A stretch of 64,000 nucleotides of DNA from NCBI GenBank assembly GCA_965285935.1, contig OZ260666.1, positions 30,690,001 to 30,754,000 on the forward strand, written 5' to 3'. The DNA comes from Ophelia neglecta. Its lineage: Eukaryota. Under the pieces are notes generated by a model. That model was not told the DNA's origin and ran no database searches. It worked only from the letters and a program-made list of their open reading frames with translations. A program made the position numbers and the translations under genes. This document shows positions 38,130-49,305 of this stretch, piece by piece. Every line of letters begins with the position of its first letter. Position 1 is the stretch's first letter.

Positions 38130-41100
38130 AGTAGAATAGTTAGACCTTGTCCGCTATAATTTCCCCTGGGTGTGTCCAGAAGGCTTCTACACGTGAAAGG
38201 GCGCCAACATAGCAGTAAAAGAAGAGATGATACTGAGGGTTTCGAAATCTTATCGGATTTAGGATATTTCTACATGATATATGATGTTTTATGTGTTCGT
38301 ATATATAACATTTCGACCATAGTGACAACCCGTATCTTCATGATCAATATTTTTATAATAATAATGGTTACTAATAATAATGACATTTCTCGCCTGAATA
38401 AACAAGAGTTACGTGTGGGACAATGGAATTGCAGGGGTTTTAGTAGCTCAAAAAATTACATATGCTCACTACTAAATTCTTGCGACATCCTGGGTATAAA
38501 CGAACATTTCTTGTACCCGCACGAACACCAAAGACTTACTGGTTTACACCCTAATTTTCACGGTATAGCCAAATCTAGTAAAACACTTCACGTAGAAAAC
38601 TATGGCAGCGTAATTGGTTGCGGGGGTGTCGCCATATACTGGGCAAAATATATTGATAATGTTCAAGTTGTAAATATTGACTCTGATCGTATCTGTGGCA
38701 TACAGTTAGTTAATGCTGATGGTACTACCTTGTCTATTATGTGTGTATATATGCCACAGCAGCAATGTAAGAATGAAACATACTCTGATATATTAGATGT
38801 ACTTTATGAACATGTAACGAGTCTAAGCGAGACAGGGTCTGTCATAATCATTGGTGATTTGAATGCCAACCTCGACAAAAGTCATGGTAAACGTGGCCCA
38901 AATAAGCCAATACTAACGACTAACGGTAAATTACTGAATGAGTTTACCGTATCTAACTGTTTAAAAGCAATTGACTTGTCGGATAAATGCATTGGACCAC
39001 TTTATACTTACATAGGATACGACGGGTCCAGGTCATATATAGATCACTGTCTTGCTTCTGATGCTCTTGTACCTAACGTAAAAAGTTGTAAAATAATCGA
39101 TGACAATTTGCATATCACGTCTGATCACCTTCCCATTATTACCACCTTCGCTCGGGAAAACATATGCAAATTGGTCCACATCAACCCAGTCTCCCACCAG
39201 AGACTAAACTGGAGCAGGCTAACACAGGAGGAAATCTCATCGGGGTACACCAGAGCCCTGACACATGTCTTGACCAGTGACCCGAGGTTAAAGGAAAAGC
39301 CATCGACATGTGAAGATATCGACAACTACGTGAAACTACTTACAGCGGCTCTGACCTACACTGCTAAGGCTACCATACCATGTAAGCAGTATCGTAAATG
39401 GGTAAAACCATATTGGAGTCCTGACATCAATACCACAAAGAAAGAACACCTAAGAAATTATAACGAATGGAATAATGCAGGTAGACCACGTAGTCATGAA
39501 AACGTTTTATTCGTAAGGTATAAAGAGTCAAAGAGACAGTATAGAAAAGAGAGACGCGCAGCAGAACATCGGGAGGCCGAACGAGAACAGAACGAGATTA
39601 TTCAGACTGGAGAAATTGACCAGAAATATTACTGGCGACTGGTCAACAGCAAGAGACAAAAAGGAGTGCGAGTCAATTTAACAGAAGGCGAAAATGGTCG
39701 CCTCTTGACAGAAATGGAGGAAATTCGCGAGGATTGGCGACTGTATTTCTCAAACCTGGTCAAACCGAACGATGATCCCACATACAAGAGTAAGTTTAAA
39801 AACCTCGTGGAGGAGAGCGCTAAAGAGTACTACGACTCGCCACAGCTTATGCCTGACGATATTTCCTGCCTACCAATTACTGATAATGAGGTAATGGCTA
39901 TGGTGAAAAAGGCAAAATCAGACAAAGCTGGAGGTTTTGACGGCTTAACTGCAGAGCACCTGAAACACGGAGGGGGCCAATTAATCTCTACAATCACGAA
40001 TTTATACAACGCAATCTTGGAGATGGAATACGTCCCAAGTGACTTCAAGCGTGCCATAGAAGTGCCCTTATTCAAAGGAGGGGGCAAGAATCCGAGACTC
40101 AAAGACAACTATAGAAAAATAAGCTTACTTCCTAGCCTAGGGAAGATCTTGGAAGGTATATACCATCGGAGGATACAGAGCTGGTCTCGAAATCAGAATC
40201 TCGTCAACCCACTACAAGGGGCGGCCTTAGATAAGTGCTCTAGTCGACACTCTACTATCTTATTAAGGCAGACAATACACGAACACAAAGAAAGAGGCGA
40301 CGATGTATATGTAACGTTGCTGGACTGCAGAAAGGCGTTCGACACCATATGGATAGATGGGCTTTTCTACAAACTCTACCACTATGGTATTAGAGGAAAG
40401 ACCTATAGGATACTCCGCCAATGGTATAGTAATTTTCTGAGTTCTGTTCGTGTGGGGAACGAGCTGTCTGATTGGTTTGATGTCTCACAAGGCTTGCACC
40501 AAGGAGGGATGCTATCCATGCAACTCTTCGTCCTATATTACAATGACATGCTCCAACAAATATCAGAACGGAATCTCGGATGTCATATATTGGGGATAGA
40601 TTCAAGTTGCCCAGGATTTGCCGACGATATAACCTTGGTGACATCCAGCCGTAAATCCATGTTAGCACTCCTTGACATTGCCCATGCTTATAGCAAAAAG
40701 TGGCGCCTGGACTATAATGTGTCTAAATGCGAGATGCTTAAGTTTGGCCATCTCAAAACAAACAGAGACGAGAGAGTCCATCTTGGCCCAGGATTGATCC
40801 CAATTTCTGAAAAATCCGTCCATCTCGGTGTCCCCCTTGTGACAACCAGGAAGGCAATGACCGAGAGTGTCCGCGACCGAGTTAAGTCTGCACGAAGGAA
40901 GATGAACTCACTCCTTGGCGTAGGGACAAGCTATGGGCGATACAACACTAGAACGTTATCTAAACTGTACTGGTCCATTGTCACCCCCAGCTTCTTGTAT
41001 GGCCTGGACTTGGTAAGGCTTACTTTGACCCAGCTAGACCTGCTCGAAGTAGAGCATCGCAATACGGCAAGAAGGATTCAAAACCTCTCACCAGCAGCCA

Positions 41101-42085
41101 GTAATGCAGCCGTCCTAGTGTCCTTGGGATGGCCCACAGTGGAAGCTTACCTGGATGTACAGCGATTAAAGACATTACGCGACCTACTTGACTTACCGAC
41201 ATCCTGCATCTATCGGACGCTCACTATAAGAACACTCACTGTGAAAGAATTGCGTGGAAGGGTCCCACCTGAAAGCCCTATAGGATTAATGGTGTCTACT
41301 TATCTGAAGTACGGACTGTATAACACCCTTACAACATGGTTGGAGAAGGGAAAGGTACCTACCAAGACCGCCTGGAAACGACACGCTAAAGAAGTCTCTC
41401 GGCAGTACCTACAGCGTCACTGGAGGATACAATGTCTCACCTTCTCAAGCCTCTCTCTTTTCTCATCAGTCATGACAGAGTACCGCCCTATGGAGTGGTG
41501 GAATTCTGCTACGACAATGACGACTACTAGAGGAGCCCAGGTTGTATTAAAATTGCTCACAGGTACGTCCGCCATATATTCCCACTCCGGTAGACATGTC
41601 AACCGAATGGGGCGCAACATATGCCCCCTATGTGACACAGTAGGAGACAATTTGGAGCATATCTTATACATGTGCCCCGGTTTGTGTGTGGAACGAGCGA
41701 AGGTGCTTGCTTGCATCAGACGTGATATATCACCAGATATTGATAAGTGTCAAAAGATACTCGATTGGAGGTCATATTGCATTGAGGACCGACTAAAGGT
41801 ACTCGCAGGTATAAGCTCCATGTACGGCAAACGTATACATCACGGTTTGAGTAATGCTTAATCAATCCTGACCATGTAGTAGTGGTATACGTACATAAAT
41901 GTGTTCTAGCAGGGTATTCCTTATCATCTCTATAGTACATCATCTTAGTATGGAGACTGTATATATGTTTTGTTTATTCTCGGTAATTACTTGTCGCAAA
42001 TTTGCCTGTAGTTTATTTATATCACATCTTTAATGTACATGTAACTCTCCAGAAAGTGGAGGCCAAATAAAACTATATATATATA
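38130..42085 (+). mobile_element. Non-LTR retrotransposon (LINE, possibly RTE-X-like) with intact EN-RT ORF
   Basis: The 3' end has a CTCCA-GAAAG-TGGAG hairpin (42047-42061), AATAAA and a (TA)n tail to 42085. The 5' boundary is approximate, with no unambiguous TSD or ORF1. The clade call is tentative. Confidence 0.88.
38172..41861 (+). CDS. LINE ORF2: AP endonuclease, reverse transcriptase, C-terminal CCHC zinc knuckle
   Basis: Uninterrupted 1229-codon ORF. EN motifs: GQWNCRG, GINEH, GDLNA, SYIDH, SDHLPI. RT motifs: YRKISLL, LLDCRKAFD, QGGMLS, FADD. Knuckle: CPLC..EHILYMC. The true start is probably an internal ATG near 38340-38365. Confidence 0.92.
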   Translation: MSRRLLHVKGRQHSSKRRDDTEGFEILSDLGYFYMIYDVLCVRIYNISTIVTTRIFMINIFIIIMVTNNNDISRLNKQELRVGQWNCRGFSSSKNYICSLLNSCDILGINEHFLYPHEHQRLTGLHPNFHGIAKSSKTLHVENYGSVIGCGGVAIYWAKYIDNVQVVNIDSDRICGIQLVNADGTTLSIMCVYMPQQQCKNETYSDILDVLYEHVTSLSETGSVIIIGDLNANLDKSHGKRGPNKPILTTNGKLLNEFTVSNCLKAIDLSDKCIGPLYTYIGYDGSRSYIDHCLASDALVPNVKSCKIIDDNLHITSDHLPIITTFARENICKLVHINPVSHQRLNWSRLTQEEISSGYTRALTHVLTSDPRLKEKPSTCEDIDNYVKLLTAALTYTAKATIPCKQYRKWVKPYWSPDINTTKKEHLRNYNEWNNAGRPRSHENVLFVRYKESKRQYRKERRAAEHREAEREQNEIIQTGEIDQKYYWRLVNSKRQKGVRVNLTEGENGRLLTEMEEIREDWRLYFSNLVKPNDDPTYKSKFKNLVEESAKEYYDSPQLMPDDISCLPITDNEVMAMVKKAKSDKAGGFDGLTAEHLKHGGGQLISTITNLYNAILEMEYVPSDFKRAIEVPLFKGGGKNPRLKDNYRKISLLPSLGKILEGIYHRRIQSWSRNQNLVNPLQGAALDKCSSRHSTILLRQTIHEHKERGDDVYVTLLDCRKAFDTIWIDGLFYKLYHYGIRGKTYRILRQWYSNFLSSVRVGNELSDWFDVSQGLHQGGMLSMQLFVLYYNDMLQQISERNLGCHILGIDSSCPGFADDITLVTSSRKSMLALLDIAHAYSKKWRLDYNVSKCEMLKFGHLKTNRDERVHLGPGLIPISEKSVHLGVPLVTTRKAMTESVRDRVKSARRKMNSLLGVGTSYGRYNTRTLSKLYWSIVTPSFLYGLDLVRLTLTQLDLLEVEHRNTARRIQNLSPAASNAAVLVSLGWPTVEAYLDVQRLKTLRDLLDLPTSCIYRTLTIRTLTVKELRGRVPPESPIGLMVSTYLKYGLYNTLTTWLEKGKVPTKTAWKRHAKEVSRQYLQRHWRIQCLTFSSLSLFSSVMTEYRPMEWWNSATTMTTTRGAQVVLKLLTGTSAIYSHSGRHVNRMGRNICPLCDTVGDNLEHILYMCPGLCVERAKVLACIRRDISPDIDKCQKILDWRSYCIEDRLKVLAGISSMYGKRIHHGLSNA

Positions 42086-42460
42086 GGACCAATGTGAGGT
42101 TAACAGGACTTCAGTTTATTTCTATTTTGAACTGGACAACTCTTTCAGTTGAAAAATTCTAACATGGCCCCATTCAACATAAGTTTTATCATTTTTTGGC
42201 ACATGAGTTAACTAGTTGGTAAGGTATAGCATAATTCAAAACTAGACAAAAAAGTCCTACTAGATAACTGGGGGATACAATACTCACTAGTCTTAACGGT
42301 GTTCTGAGGTTGCAGACTGGCTTTTGCTAAAAAAGTGCATCATATTATTGACGTCTATCTATTGCTACATACATAATGTTGCAGACGACAAATCTTCGTG
42401 CTGACTTTATGGGTTGTACAGTTGTAGGTCACAATTATCAAAACAAAAGGTAAACACCCG

Positions 42461-42738
42461 CCGCTTCTTACGCCACTGTACATTGAACATGCCAAAAAAC
42501 ATTGAATAAATTCAATTATTGGCTGTGTAATGGGTTTGTAAATAACCTGCCCACCGGTAACTGTATGATGAATGTCAAGCCGAGTGAGGACATATGCTTC
42601 TGACCACTGCTGCATGTGCACCATTTTGAGAGGGCAAAAAAGTGAGAGGGTCATCATTAAAAAGTTTGGGGAGGGGGGGGGGGCAAAACATATAAAAACA
42701 TATATGGCGCCCCCCCCCCTCCGCTTCCTACGCCACTG
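42461..42738 (-). repeat. Two same-orientation CAGTGGCGTA(A/G)GAAGCGG ends of a hAT-like MITE with poly-G/C tracts
   Basis: CCGCTTCTTACGCCACTG at 42461 and CCGCTTCCTACGCCACTG at 42721. Confidence 0.4.
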
Positions 42739-44531
42739 AATTGATGTCATAAATTTTGGAATGATAATACGTAACACTTTTTAATTAGCAATTAATAATC
42801 AAGCAAAGTGCAAATGACAAGCGACTTACAATTACATAAAGGTGATTTTTAAACTTGTATCATAATCGGCATAAGTTGAAAGTGTAGCATTGCGTTTCCC
42901 TGGTTAGTAATATCTATAAAATATCTTAAAATACATGAAATAACCACATAGAAGTATAGATACATGTACTATCGAAAATGTACAAACCGAGGCCAGGCAA
43001 ACTGAAACCTGCTCATGAGTATAATTGCTCAGTTTTGCCAAAGTCACACCAGTTTGACTCTGACTCTGGTCCACCAGGAACTCATCACCACCGAATGATG
43101 TGTCTTATGATTGGCATATTTCATTATTGATACTAGATTAGAGATAGCTCAGTTGGTTATAAACTCTCCTATTGTATATTTCATCTTAGTCCGACGGTGA
43201 CCATTCATTAACTCGTTATGTTGGTTGTGTGCTCTGACATTACGGAAAACTGCTGATTGCTTTTCATTGCAATCAAATTTACTTCTTATTTCTAATTTTG
43301 ATACAAGCTGATTTACAAGGTGTTAAACAATATCATATTTCTACGGGAACAGCTAGTTCCTAGACGTTAGCTGTGGCACGGATTATCCACCTAAAGCTTT
43401 CGTGCACATAAGACTACTATGGGCTACAATATAAATGGCTTAATGAGCAAGATTTATTAATGTTATTCGCAGAATAATACAATTTACGGACTATAAAGTG
43501 CTGCTGACGGAGATGGCTGACGGAGATTGGTACGCCTACATATTTCCTTGTTAATTATACAAACATAGCTGTCTTTCCTCTCGCCCTCCCCTGATATGTG
43601 CTTTACATAGACCAAATGCTTTGCAATTAATGCCGGACATGTTCCACTGCCCTTTTCATTTTGTTTCCCTGCGGCGCGGCTTCTTATGCGAATCTGACCT
43701 ATTGTCATTGCTTTGTTCGGAACATATTATGAACATAAGGTTGGGTCTTTCCATTTATTAATGGCATTATTAATTTTAAGTTAAATATTATTAGTATTAG
43801 ACTATTCCGCCAACTAACTTCAACCTTCTGCGTTCTTCCTGAGAAGCTCGAAATAAAATAATTCATATGCAAATAAATATATTACAGAGTATAGCCTAAA
43901 GCTCATATCATGAATGTATATTTTCTGCAGTACGATTTGCCCATAGATCCACGCTACATGACACAGATAGATCTAACACATACACTGGTTGACCTAAACT
44001 CACTGTATTCTATGGTATCTCCCTTGATAAAAGTGAAAAGCTTACAATGCAGCTAGATTTGTGTTGCTGCTGGCTTGAGGGGTGAACGAGTGGTAATACC
44101 TTCCCATGTCAAAGGGCCCCGCAAAGGGCACAGGAGCAGACGACGCAATCTCCAGGTCATACATCGATGCCATAAAAGATCGAACAGGATCTCCAAATCG
44201 TTCAGCGACAAAGGGGCAAAAAACAGGCGGTGAAGAAACGGATATATATTATTTAGTAGGACAAATGTATTCCGACCCGCTTACCGGTTAATTAAACAAC
44301 ATGAATTACATGTATACGTATGAGTGAATTCGCAATTATAGGGGGCATTTTAGAATTATTCAGAAACGCCCTTGCTTGAAATTCTTTCCTATCGTTTATT
44401 GGCTTTATTTGATTACAATGTCCACCATGTCGTCTGCTGCGGAAGTCGTTGATTAAAGTGACGAGTAACGTATACTTCAAATTAAAAGGTCAAAGTTAGG
44501 GCCAAAGAAAGCCCGCTTGGCTTATACCTTT

Positions 44532-44721
44532 TGTTGTGTTCTTATTACCTGTGACCTCCCTGGCACTGTATGTCTGTATTACCTGTGACCTCCCTTTGTA
44601 CGTGTCATGTGATCAGAATATAATTACGTTATACCGGAAGCGGCACATGTCAGTTTTGTTCCTTGTTTACCATCGAATAATCATATATCATCGGGCCGGG
44701 GGAAGCTCATCAAATGTAACA
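44532..44721 (+). repeat. 5' LTR (190 bp)
   Basis: Direct repeat of 49116-49305 with no mismatch found by eye. Contains an internal 19-bp duplication, TATTACCTGTGACCTCCCT. Confidence 0.96.
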
Positions 44722-44746
44722 TTGGCGACGAGGATAAACTTTAGTT

Positions 44747-47700
44747 ATGGCTGCATCAGATTTGACCGATGTTCGTGGGATCAAACCGTTTGACACCACC
44801 GGAGAGGCCGGAGTTGTATCGCACCGGTGGCGGGCTTGGCTAGAGGAATTTGAAGCCTATGCCGATTCTAAAGGTTTGTTTGTCGATGATGAGACGGATG
44901 CAAACAAGGCTCAGAGGAGAGCATTGTTACTGTATTCTGCTGGTGCTGCCGTACGGGACGTTTACGGTACGTTAGCTGGAGAAATTACGGCCGCGATAAG
45001 GAAAGACTACAAAGGTACGGTTACACATTTGAATAATCATTTCATCGTGGAGGCCAACCAGTCATACCCCAGAATCCCATTTTTCTCGTGTATGCCGAAA
45101 GAGGGGGAGACAGTAGCCCAATTTGTAACCAGACTGAGAATAGCATCACGTGACTGTGGTTTCGGTAATGGCTGTGATGATATTATAAGAGACAGAGTGG
45201 TGTTATCCTGGATGGATCCTGTCTTGAAGAGGAAGTTAGTGGAAAAGGGGCTTACACTGAAGCTTGCTGAACTTCTTAGAATTGCTGCAGCCCATGAGGC
45301 AGTCGAATTACAAATGAAAGCTATGTCAGGGGTACAGAACACTGCGAGTACAGATTCTGTGAATGCTGTTAAAGGCAAATCATGGACAGATGGTGATAAA
45401 GCCAAAAAGATAGAATGTTTTCGCTGTGGGCTTTTTGGACACATGCGTAATGACTCAAGTTGCCCTGCTAAGACACAATCTTGCAGACGATGTGGGTTAG
45501 TCGGCCATTTTGAAAAAAAGTGCCGCCGAAGACCACAAACAGGTGTGAAAGACCACAAACAGCCAAAGTCAGGTGACAAGAAACAGCGGAGACATAAGAA
45601 GGTACACCATTTACAGAAATATGACAGTGATAGTGAGGGAGATGATGGCTATGCGTTTGCCACAGGTTCGTCATTTGAAACGATTCCCATCTCTGTTGGA
45701 GGAGTACAGATAGAAGTAGTGGTTGACAGTGGGAGTGACAGTAACATAGTATCTGAAGAAACATGGAAATCACTGAAAGCAAATAAAATTAGGTGTCAGT
45801 CAAGGTCTAGTGCCAAGAAGTTATACCCATATACTTCTGACACACCTCTTGAGACTCTTGGATCATTTGATACAGTGGTCACAGCAGGAAATATGACAAC
45901 AAATGCCCATTTCATTGTGATCAAGAGAAAAGGTGAATCACTTCTCAGTCGACCTACTGCACTACAGCTAGGAGTGCTGAAGATAGGGTTAGGTGTCAAC
46001 TCAGTCAGTGCTCAGATAGATATTGTCAAACGTCACCCAAAAGTTTTCGAAGGCATTGGAAAATTGGTCAACCGTCAGATAAAACTTAGCATTAACCCTG
46101 ATGTCAAGCCGGTTGCACAACCAGTCAGACGCTCACCGTTTGGTCTCCGAGCTAAAGTAGAGGCCAAAATTAAGGAGCTGATTGACAAGGACATAATAGA
46201 GCCAGTCGAAGAGCCCAGCCATTGGGTGAGTCCAGTAGTAGTCGTTCCGAAGGCCAAGGGGGACATACGTCTTTGTGTGGACATGCGTCAGGCCAATTTG
46301 GCAATACAGCGAGAACGACATCCGATACCAACGTTTGAGGAAGTCCTACATGATATGAACCAAAGTCGAGTGTTTAGCAAGGTGGATTTGCGTTGGGGCT
46401 ATCATCAGCTCGAGTTAGAGCCCGAATCTCGTAACATCACAACTTTCGTTACACATTGCGGATTATTCCGCTACCGTAGACTTGCATTTGGAATAAATTC
46501 AGCATCAGAAATATACCAACATGAAATACATAAGGTGATTCAAGGGATTCCTAAAGTGGAGAACATTTCTGATGATATCATAGTTCATGGTCAAAACATG
46601 GCAGAGCATGATGAATCTCTGGAGAAATTGATGAAACGTCTTGAAACCAGTGGTTTAACACTCAATTTAGAGAAGTGTGAGTTTCGAGTGAACAAGATCA
46701 GTTTCTGGGGACACTGCCTTTCTGAGAAGGGAGTTGACCTTGGCGCCGATAAAGTGGAGGCAATCGCAAAGGCACGAGAGCCCCAGACTGTCAGTGAAGT
46801 GAAGAGTATTTTGGGTCTGGCCGAGTTTTGTCACGATTTTGTGCCTGATTTTTCAGTCATGGCAGAACCATTGTATAAACTTACCAGAAAGGGAAATCCA
46901 TTCATCTTTGGACCTGAACAGAGGAAATCATTTAAAGCCCTTCAAGCAGCACTGAGTAATCCAGAAACTCTTGGTTATTTTGACATTAATGCACATACCA
47001 AGGTGATCGCGGACGCGGGCCCGTCCGGTGTAGGTGCTGTACTTGTACAAATTCAGGAAAACAAGCCTAGGGTGATTAGGTATGCAAGCCGCTTACTTAG
47101 TGATGTGGAGCGCAGATACTCGCAAACAGAAAAGGAAGCTTTGTCACTTGTGTGGGCGTGTGAAAAGTTCCATCCATACCTTTATGGAATAACTTTTGAT
47201 TTGGTCACAGACCACAAGCCTTTAGAGACTATTTATTCGCCAAAGTCGAAACCATGTGCACGAATTGAGCGATGGGTACTGAGACTACAACCGTATGAAT
47301 TCAAGATAGTTCACATTCCTGGTAAAAATAACATTGCAGATTCACTTTCAAGGTTATTGAATGGTGAAATAGAAGGCCAATCTAGGCTATCAAGGAGAGC
47401 CGAGAACTATACCAGATTTGTGGCAGTTAATGCTACTCCGTCCGCAATGACAATCAGAGAAGTCGAGGAAGCCTCAGCAGAAGACCCTGAGCTGGAAGAA
47501 ATCCGTGTATGTATAGACACTGGCAAATGGGACTGTAGTGAGAAACTGTACAATGCTGTCAATCCAGAATTATGCAGCATTGGGAAACTAGTCCTAAGAG
47601 GGTCAAGAATTGTTATTCCGAGAAAATTGAGACCTAGAATACTGGTCTTAGCTCATGAGGGACATTTAGGCATTGTGGCTACGAAACAAAACCTAAGGTC

Positions 47701-48763
47701 GAAGGTTTGGTGGCCTGGTATAGATCGTGAAGTAGAAAAATACTGTAAGACGTGTCACGGATGTCAGCTAGTGAGTCGTCCATCACCACCTGAACCAATC
47801 AACAACAAGATTATGCCTGATAAGCCATGGGAGGACCTAGCAGTAGATTTCTTGGGCCCTCTTCCATCAGGTCATTCAGTGTTAGTCGTAATTGACTATT
47901 ACAGTAGATACTATGAGTATAAGATTATGAAGTCAATCACAGCTGAGAAAACTATTGAGGAAATGCGAGAGATGTTTGCTAGGCATGGACTGCCATTTTC
48001 TGTCTTTAGTGACAATGGTCCCCAGTTCAAAGCAAGAGAATATGGTGAATTTCTGGAATCTCTGGGCATAGAATGGTGTCGGGGCACACCTAAATGGCCG
48101 CAGGCCAACGGAGAGGTGGAAAGACAGAATCATTCTTTGGGCAAGAGACTAAAAATTTCACAGGCAGAAGGCACCGACTGGAAAGATTCCCTCCGTACGT
48201 ATGTAGCAGCTTACAGGTCTCTGCCCCATAGTGTCACAGGAAAAAGTCCTGCAGAGTTATTGTTTGGCAGGAAAATCAGAACAAAGTTACCAGAAATCAC
48301 ATACAACCACAATCATGATGATCTGGAGGTACGGGACAGAAATGCTGAGAAGAAGGGACTCTCAAAATTATACACTGATAACAAGAGGAATGCACAAAGG
48401 TCTGATATTGAACCTGGAGATTCAGTACTTGTGAAATGTGAGAATCCTGGCAAGTTGGACACCCCATATTTGCCTGAACCATACAAAGTTATTAACAAGG
48501 CTGGTAGTAGAATAACTGTTGAGTCTCCTAAAGGTGTTCAGTATGATAGAAATTCCTCTCACCTCAGGAAATACTACAAACCCAGTGTGCATTTAGCAGA
48601 AGAGGACACCAAAGACATGCCTGTCTCACCACTACCTGTCTCTGTGGCTCCTGATGAGCCAAACCAACCGAGACCGCCAGATTGTAGCCCAAAAATATCA
48701 GTGGCTAGACCACAGAGAGCAAGGAATGCTCCAAGTAAATTCGGAGATTATGTCATGAATTAG
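44747..48763 (+). CDS. Gag-Pol polyprotein (Gag with 2 zinc knuckles, aspartic protease, RT, RNase H, integrase)
   Basis: Knuckles CFRCGLFGH..C and CRRCGLVGHFEKKC. Protease VVDSGS. RT LCVDMR, KVDLRWGYHQ, ISDDII. RNase H DAG, EKEAL, TDHKPL. Integrase H..H..C..C, VDFLG, SDNGPQF, NGEVER. Domain order PR-RT-RH-IN is Gypsy-type. Confidence 0.97.
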   Translation: MAASDLTDVRGIKPFDTTGEAGVVSHRWRAWLEEFEAYADSKGLFVDDETDANKAQRRALLLYSAGAAVRDVYGTLAGEITAAIRKDYKGTVTHLNNHFIVEANQSYPRIPFFSCMPKEGETVAQFVTRLRIASRDCGFGNGCDDIIRDRVVLSWMDPVLKRKLVEKGLTLKLAELLRIAAAHEAVELQMKAMSGVQNTASTDSVNAVKGKSWTDGDKAKKIECFRCGLFGHMRNDSSCPAKTQSCRRCGLVGHFEKKCRRRPQTGVKDHKQPKSGDKKQRRHKKVHHLQKYDSDSEGDDGYAFATGSSFETIPISVGGVQIEVVVDSGSDSNIVSEETWKSLKANKIRCQSRSSAKKLYPYTSDTPLETLGSFDTVVTAGNMTTNAHFIVIKRKGESLLSRPTALQLGVLKIGLGVNSVSAQIDIVKRHPKVFEGIGKLVNRQIKLSINPDVKPVAQPVRRSPFGLRAKVEAKIKELIDKDIIEPVEEPSHWVSPVVVVPKAKGDIRLCVDMRQANLAIQRERHPIPTFEEVLHDMNQSRVFSKVDLRWGYHQLELEPESRNITTFVTHCGLFRYRRLAFGINSASEIYQHEIHKVIQGIPKVENISDDIIVHGQNMAEHDESLEKLMKRLETSGLTLNLEKCEFRVNKISFWGHCLSEKGVDLGADKVEAIAKAREPQTVSEVKSILGLAEFCHDFVPDFSVMAEPLYKLTRKGNPFIFGPEQRKSFKALQAALSNPETLGYFDINAHTKVIADAGPSGVGAVLVQIQENKPRVIRYASRLLSDVERRYSQTEKEALSLVWACEKFHPYLYGITFDLVTDHKPLETIYSPKSKPCARIERWVLRLQPYEFKIVHIPGKNNIADSLSRLLNGEIEGQSRLSRRAENYTRFVAVNATPSAMTIREVEEASAEDPELEEIRVCIDTGKWDCSEKLYNAVNPELCSIGKLVLRGSRIVIPRKLRPRILVLAHEGHLGIVATKQNLRSKVWWPGIDREVEKYCKTCHGCQLVSRPSPPEPINNKIMPDKPWEDLAVDFLGPLPSGHSVLVVIDYYSRYYEYKIMKSITAEKTIEEMREMFARHGLPFSVFSDNGPQFKAREYGEFLESLGIEWCRGTPKWPQANGEVERQNHSLGKRLKISQAEGTDWKDSLRTYVAAYRSLPHSVTGKSPAELLFGRKIRTKLPEITYNHNHDDLEVRDRNAEKKGLSKLYTDNKRNAQRSDIEPGDSVLVKCENPGKLDTPYLPEPYKVINKAGSRITVESPKGVQYDRNSSHLRKYYKPSVHLAEEDTKDMPVSPLPVSVAPDEPNQPRPPDCSPKISVARPQRARNAPSKFGDYVMN

Positions 48764-49115
48764 TTATTCATGCCTTGTGTTACATAGATTTTAATATGGC
48801 AGAGTGTAGGCGGATCGCTGCTCAGGCCATAAGTGTGAAATTTGAGTTAAAATATTAAAATGAGTAGCTTATATTAAACTTATATTCTAGTTAAATTTGG
48901 AGGCATTCCAGATTACGAGAACTTTACATTTACATATAAATTCAATATACAGAAACTTGAAAGACAATGTGTTCAGTTAGATGCCATATTAAGCTTTATT
49001 ATTTACAGAGATAACATGGACATTTAACATTGGAAAACAGTTACAGTCTATACTGTTTATAACTTGTGATATTTCATTTTAAAGTTTTATAAGTCTAAGC
49101 CGAAAATAGGAGAGA

Positions 49116-49305
49116 TGTTGTGTTCTTATTACCTGTGACCTCCCTGGCACTGTATGTCTGTATTACCTGTGACCTCCCTTTGTACGTGTCATGTGATCAG
49201 AATATAATTACGTTATACCGGAAGCGGCACATGTCAGTTTTGTTCCTTGTTTACCATCGAATAATCATATATCATCGGGCCGGGGGAAGCTCATCAAATG
49301 TAACA
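49116..49305 (+). repeat. 3' LTR (190 bp)
   Basis: Follows the PPT, matches the 5' LTR and is followed by the TSD CCTTT. Confidence 0.96.

Larger units (their letters stand above)
44532..49305 (+). mobile_element. Full-length Ty3/Gypsy LTR retrotransposon (Mag-like)
   Basis: TG...CA LTRs at 44532-44721 and 49116-49305. 5-bp TSD CCTTT at 44527-44531 and 49306-49310. PBS TGGCGACGAGGAT at 44723-44735, complementary to the 3' end of tRNA-Ser(GCU). PPT AAAATAGGAGAGA at 49103-49115. Single intact gag-pol ORF. Confidence 0.97.

Noticed and set aside
43140-43260. tRNA-like A box TAGCTCAGTTGGTTA
   Set aside because: No B box or cloverleaf. Probably a decayed SINE head, not a tRNA gene.
45037-48498. 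Several minus-strand ORFs inside the Gypsy element
   Set aside because: Antisense shadows of gag-pol with no recognisable motifs.
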